Position numbers and translations under genes: made by a program
Shown here: positions 3,450 through 6,200 of the stretch, one piece after another
Layout of the letters: every line of letters starts with the position of its first letter
How positions within the stretch are numbered: position 1 is the first letter of the stretch
From: Candidatus Diapherotrites archaeon CG08_land_8_20_14_0_20_30_16
GTDB taxonomy: Archaea > Iainarchaeota > Iainarchaeia > Iainarchaeales > 0-14-0-20-30-16
Direction: 5' to 3'
Length of the DNA stretch: 6,200 nucleotides
NCBI GenBank assembly: GCA_002779075.1
Contig: PEXK01000016.1
Span: forward strand, 1-6,200
Notes under the pieces: model-generated
What the model was told of the DNA's origin: nothing
Databases searched by the model: none
What the model saw: only the letters and a program-made list of their open reading frames with translations

Positions 3450-6200
3450 ATGGTTGAAGATTTCCAGACAGAGCAGAAGGACAATGAAAACAAAGATTAT
3501 GCTGAGGATTTTGAGGATTTGGAAGACAAACTTGCCCCTAAAGCTAGCACTGAAACTAGTTTGCCTGAGAAAACAGAAGAGCTCGAGCCAGAATTTGAAG
3601 AAGATGATAATGTAAATCCTTTTGTTAAGAAATTTCAATACTTTTTTGATAAATATTATAAAACAAAATTAGAAAAACTAATTCAAGATTATCCCACAAA
3701 GAAAAGTTTGTACACTGATTTTAATACCATCGAACAATATGACCCTGATTTGGCAGATCAGCTTATAGATAATCCAGAATACGTGCTTGAAGCTATGCAA
3801 TTAGCAACTCAGAAGTATAAGTCTAGTTTATTAGAAGAAACAAAAGAATTTGAGCCAATTATAAGAGTAGGAAACCTGCCTAAAGATAAGCAGATTTTGA
3901 TAAAAAATATTTCTTCAAGACATATAGGCAAATTTGTTTGTGTTGAAGGTATTGTAAAGCAGTTTACAACTGTTTTGCCTAAAATAAAAAAAGCACATTG
4001 GATATGCAAAAAATGTGGTAGTGAACTAGATTTACATCAGGAAGGCCTAGATTTTAAAAAACCTAAAATGTGTCCTGAATGTAAACATAGGGAATTTATT
4101 TTAGATGAAAAAAATAGTGAATTTCAGGATTATCAAAAGTTAGAACTACAAGATCTTTTAGAAGAACTAAAAGGTGGAGAACAAGCAAGCACAATTCACG
4201 TATATGTATCAAATGATTTAGTAAATACATTTACTGCTGGTGAAAGACTAATTGCTACAGGAATATTAAAATTGAGAACACCACAAGATCTTAAACAAAC
4301 TGTTTTTGGCCAATATATTCTTTGTTCTTCTTTGGAATCAAGCAAGCAGGAATATGAAACTATTGAAATAACAAAAGAAGATGAAGAAAGAATAAAAGAA
4401 TTTTCAAAAAATCCAGAAATCTATGATTTGTTAATAGATTCTGTTGCCCCTCACATTTTTGGTCATAATGAAGTAAAAGAAGCAATCATTATGCAGTTAT
4501 TTGGAGGAATAAGAAAACATTTAATAGACAAATCAAGAATCAGAGGAAACATTCACGTATTGATAGTCGGTGATCCTGGAACTGGCAAAAGTAAACTTCT
4601 GTTAGCTGTAGCACAAATTGCTCCAAAAAGCATTTATGTCGCAGGTAAAACTGCTTCAGGAGCCGGTCTTACGGCAACAGCAGTAAAAGATGAATTTGGT
4701 GAAGGTGGTTGGACATTAAAAGCTGGTGCTTTGGTTTTAGCAAATGGCGGATTTGCAATGATTGATGAATTTGATAAAATGGATACTGAAGACAGAAGTG
4801 CAATGCATGAGGCACTTGAACAGGAATCATATCATAAAGATTTTGAAATTATGCTTTCTGATGGTACAAAAGAAAAAATAGGTAATTTGGTTGATAATTT
4901 AATTGAAAAAAACAAAACCAAAATTATACTGGGAAAAGACTGTGAACTATTAAAAGTAAATAATTTGAAAGTAATAACTACTGATTTCAAAAACACCTTT
5001 CCTATAAAAGTAAATCGAGTAAGCAGACATATTGCTCCAAATAAATTTGTTGAAATAACATATTCTAATGGTCGTAAAATAACTGTAACTCCGAGTCATC
5101 CTGTTTTTGTTTTTGAAAGCAATGAATTTATTGAAAAACCAGCAGATTCTCTTAAAGAAGGTTTGTTTTGCCCTTGTATAAATAATGGAAAATTAAAGAA
5201 ACAAAATATAATAAATTCAAACATAGGCCTTGTCTCAATTAAAAAAATACAAATTATTCCAAACAAAGATTCAAAATGGGTATATGATGTCACAGTAGAA
5301 CCTACAAAGACTTTTATCACTGGTGGTTTGGTGTTACACAATACAGTATCAATTGCGAAGGCAGGTATTGTAACATCTTTTAAAACAGAAACAACTGTTT
5401 TAGCTGCTGCAAATCCAAAATATGGTAGATTTGATGCTTATAAAACAATTCCTGAACAAATAGAAATACCACCAACATTAATGTCTAGATTTGATTTATT
5501 TTTTGTATTACAAGATATTGTTGATGAAAAAAGAGATAATGAAACAGTTTCTTCAATACTGAAAACACACAAATCTGGAGAATTGCTACAAAAAGGAAAT
5601 GTTGAAAGATTAACAGAAAGAGAAACAACAACATTGGAAAAAATAAGTTCAACACCTGCATTACCATCTGAATTTATACAAAAATATATTTCTTATGGCA
5701 GAACAAGAGTTTTTCCTGTTTTAACTGAGGCTGCTAGCAAAGCAATTCAGAAATTTTTTATTAATTTAAGGCAAAAAAGTCAGGGTGGAAGAGTTACTGT
5801 AACATACAGGCAGTTAGAAGCTTTAGTCAGATTGTCAGAAGCAAGCGCGAGAGTCAGACTCTCTGAAACTGTTGGTGAAGAGGATGCTAAAAGAGCAATT
5901 AGATTATACAAACGGTCAATGGAGCAGGTAGGTTTAGATCCTGAAACAGGAACAATTGATATTGATATTATAACAACAGGTCAATCACACAGCCAGGCAA
6001 ACAGAATGATGCGTGTTGTTGAAATAATAGGCAATATAATGAAGGAACAAAACGGCCAATGCGCAAAAATAGATACAATAGTTCAAGAAGCAGAAAAAGA
6101 AGGCATGGACAAAGGAAAAGTAAAAGAACTTGTTGAAAAACTTTTGAAAGTCGGAGATATCTATGAACCTCGAAGTTCTTGTTACATGACTACCAGCAAA
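3450..6200 (+). CDS. mcm: MCM replicative helicase, 3'-partial (917 codons open to the window edge, no stop), interrupted by a mini-intein
   Basis: Hand translation in the frame starting at ATG 3450, which is the first ATG after the in-frame TAA at 3417-3419. Zinc ribbon: CKKCG...CPECK (4005-4082). Walker A: GDPGTGKS (4569-4592). Walker B: FAMIDEFDKM. Then HEALEQE[intein]TVSIAKAGI, sensor 1 VLAAANP, arginine finger SRFDL, and sensor 2 VTYRQLEALVRLSEASAR. The C-terminal winged-helix-like end is LLKVGDIYEPRSS, so the gene is nearly complete. This ORF is not in the supplied ORF track. Confidence 0.95.
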   Translation, partial: MVEDFQTEQKDNENKDYAEDFEDLEDKLAPKASTETSLPEKTEELEPEFEEDDNVNPFVKKFQYFFDKYYKTKLEKLIQDYPTKKSLYTDFNTIEQYDPDLADQLIDNPEYVLEAMQLATQKYKSSLLEETKEFEPIIRVGNLPKDKQILIKNISSRHIGKFVCVEGIVKQFTTVLPKIKKAHWICKKCGSELDLHQEGLDFKKPKMCPECKHREFILDEKNSEFQDYQKLELQDLLEELKGGEQASTIHVYVSNDLVNTFTAGERLIATGILKLRTPQDLKQTVFGQYILCSSLESSKQEYETIEITKEDEERIKEFSKNPEIYDLLIDSVAPHIFGHNEVKEAIIMQLFGGIRKHLIDKSRIRGNIHVLIVGDPGTGKSKLLLAVAQIAPKSIYVAGKTASGAGLTATAVKDEFGEGGWTLKAGALVLANGGFAMIDEFDKMDTEDRSAMHEALEQESYHKDFEIMLSDGTKEKIGNLVDNLIEKNKTKIILGKDCELLKVNNLKVITTDFKNTFPIKVNRVSRHIAPNKFVEITYSNGRKITVTPSHPVFVFESNEFIEKPADSLKEGLFCPCINNGKLKKQNIINSNIGLVSIKKIQIIPNKDSKWVYDVTVEPTKTFITGGLVLHNTVSIAKAGIVTSFKTETTVLAAANPKYGRFDAYKTIPEQIEIPPTLMSRFDLFFVLQDIVDEKRDNETVSSILKTHKSGELLQKGNVERLTERETTTLEKISSTPALPSEFIQKYISYGRTRVFPVLTEAASKAIQKFFINLRQKSQGGRVTVTYRQLEALVRLSEASARVRLSETVGEEDAKRAIRLYKRSMEQVGLDPETGTIDIDIITTGQSHSQANRMMRVVEIIGNIMKEQNGQCAKIDTIVQEAEKEGMDKGKVKELVEKLLKVGDIYEPRSSCYMTTSK
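4827..5342 (+). mobile_element. Mini-intein (172 aa, no endonuclease domain) in MCM, Ser1 ... His-Asn with +1 Thr
   Basis: Removing 4827-5342 gives HEALEQE-TVSIAKAGI. This aligns position for position with the canonical MCM HEAMEQQTISIAKAGI. The insert starts SYHKDFEIMLSDGT (block A with Ser in place of Cys). It has block B RKITVTPSHPVFV (TxxH) and ends WVYDVTVEPTKTFITGGLVLHN, followed by Thr (aca, 5343-5345). Confidence 0.85.

Noticed and set aside
3348-3638. 96-aa minus-strand ORF spanning the trx-mcm intergenic region and the start of mcm.
   Set aside because: It is antisense to the MCM N-terminus and overlaps the trx start. The translation is Phe/Ile/Leu-rich, as expected from the complement of a Glu/Asp/Lys-rich coding region. 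It has no independent start context.
3809-5667. Minus-strand ORFs 3809-4009 (66 aa), 5096-5341 (81 aa) and 5485-5667 (60 aa).
   Set aside because: All three are antisense to the continuous, motif-rich MCM/intein reading frame. They are short, hydrophobic and low in complexity. I treat them as shadow ORFs.
1-6200. I looked for CRISPR arrays, tRNA/rRNA genes and transposase or integrase genes.
   Set aside because: There are no regularly spaced direct repeats. No cloverleaf-compatible GC-rich segment of 70-90 nt is present. No ORF has recombinase-like motifs. The only mobile-type elements are the two inteins and, possibly, the inverted-repeat cassette.

Overview
Very AT-rich locus that looks archaeal. 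A small-genome DPANN-type lineage is my inference from the archaeal-type MCM, TATA boxes about 25 nt upstream of start codons, and the AT bias. I support four real genes. (1, 2) Two tandem minus-strand paralogs (222-764 and 768-1268) encode YdbS/YdbT-like bPH_2 (DUF304) membrane proteins. (3) A minus-strand thioredoxin (1519-3351) has its WCGPC active site split by a 492-aa intein carrying a LAGLIDADG homing endonuclease. The intein sits exactly between Trp and the nucleophilic Cys. (4) A plus-strand MCM replicative helicase (3450 to beyond 6200) is missing from the supplied ORF track because it runs off the window edge without a stop. It carries a 172-aa mini-intein (Ser1 ... His-Asn / Thr+1) between Walker B and the SIAKAG segment. 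The other listed ORFs are antisense or alternate-frame artefacts of AT-rich coding sequence. The unexpected non-coding signal is that the bPH_2 gene pair is bracketed by two imperfect inverted copies of a modular element of about 156 and 179 nt (65-220 and 1317-1495). The copies share collinear exact blocks of 10, 16, 13, 12 and 12 nt and a structurally conserved hairpin. Between the blocks lie G/C-rich variable cores that stand out against the AT-rich background. I found no rRNA, tRNA, CRISPR array, transposase or integrase.
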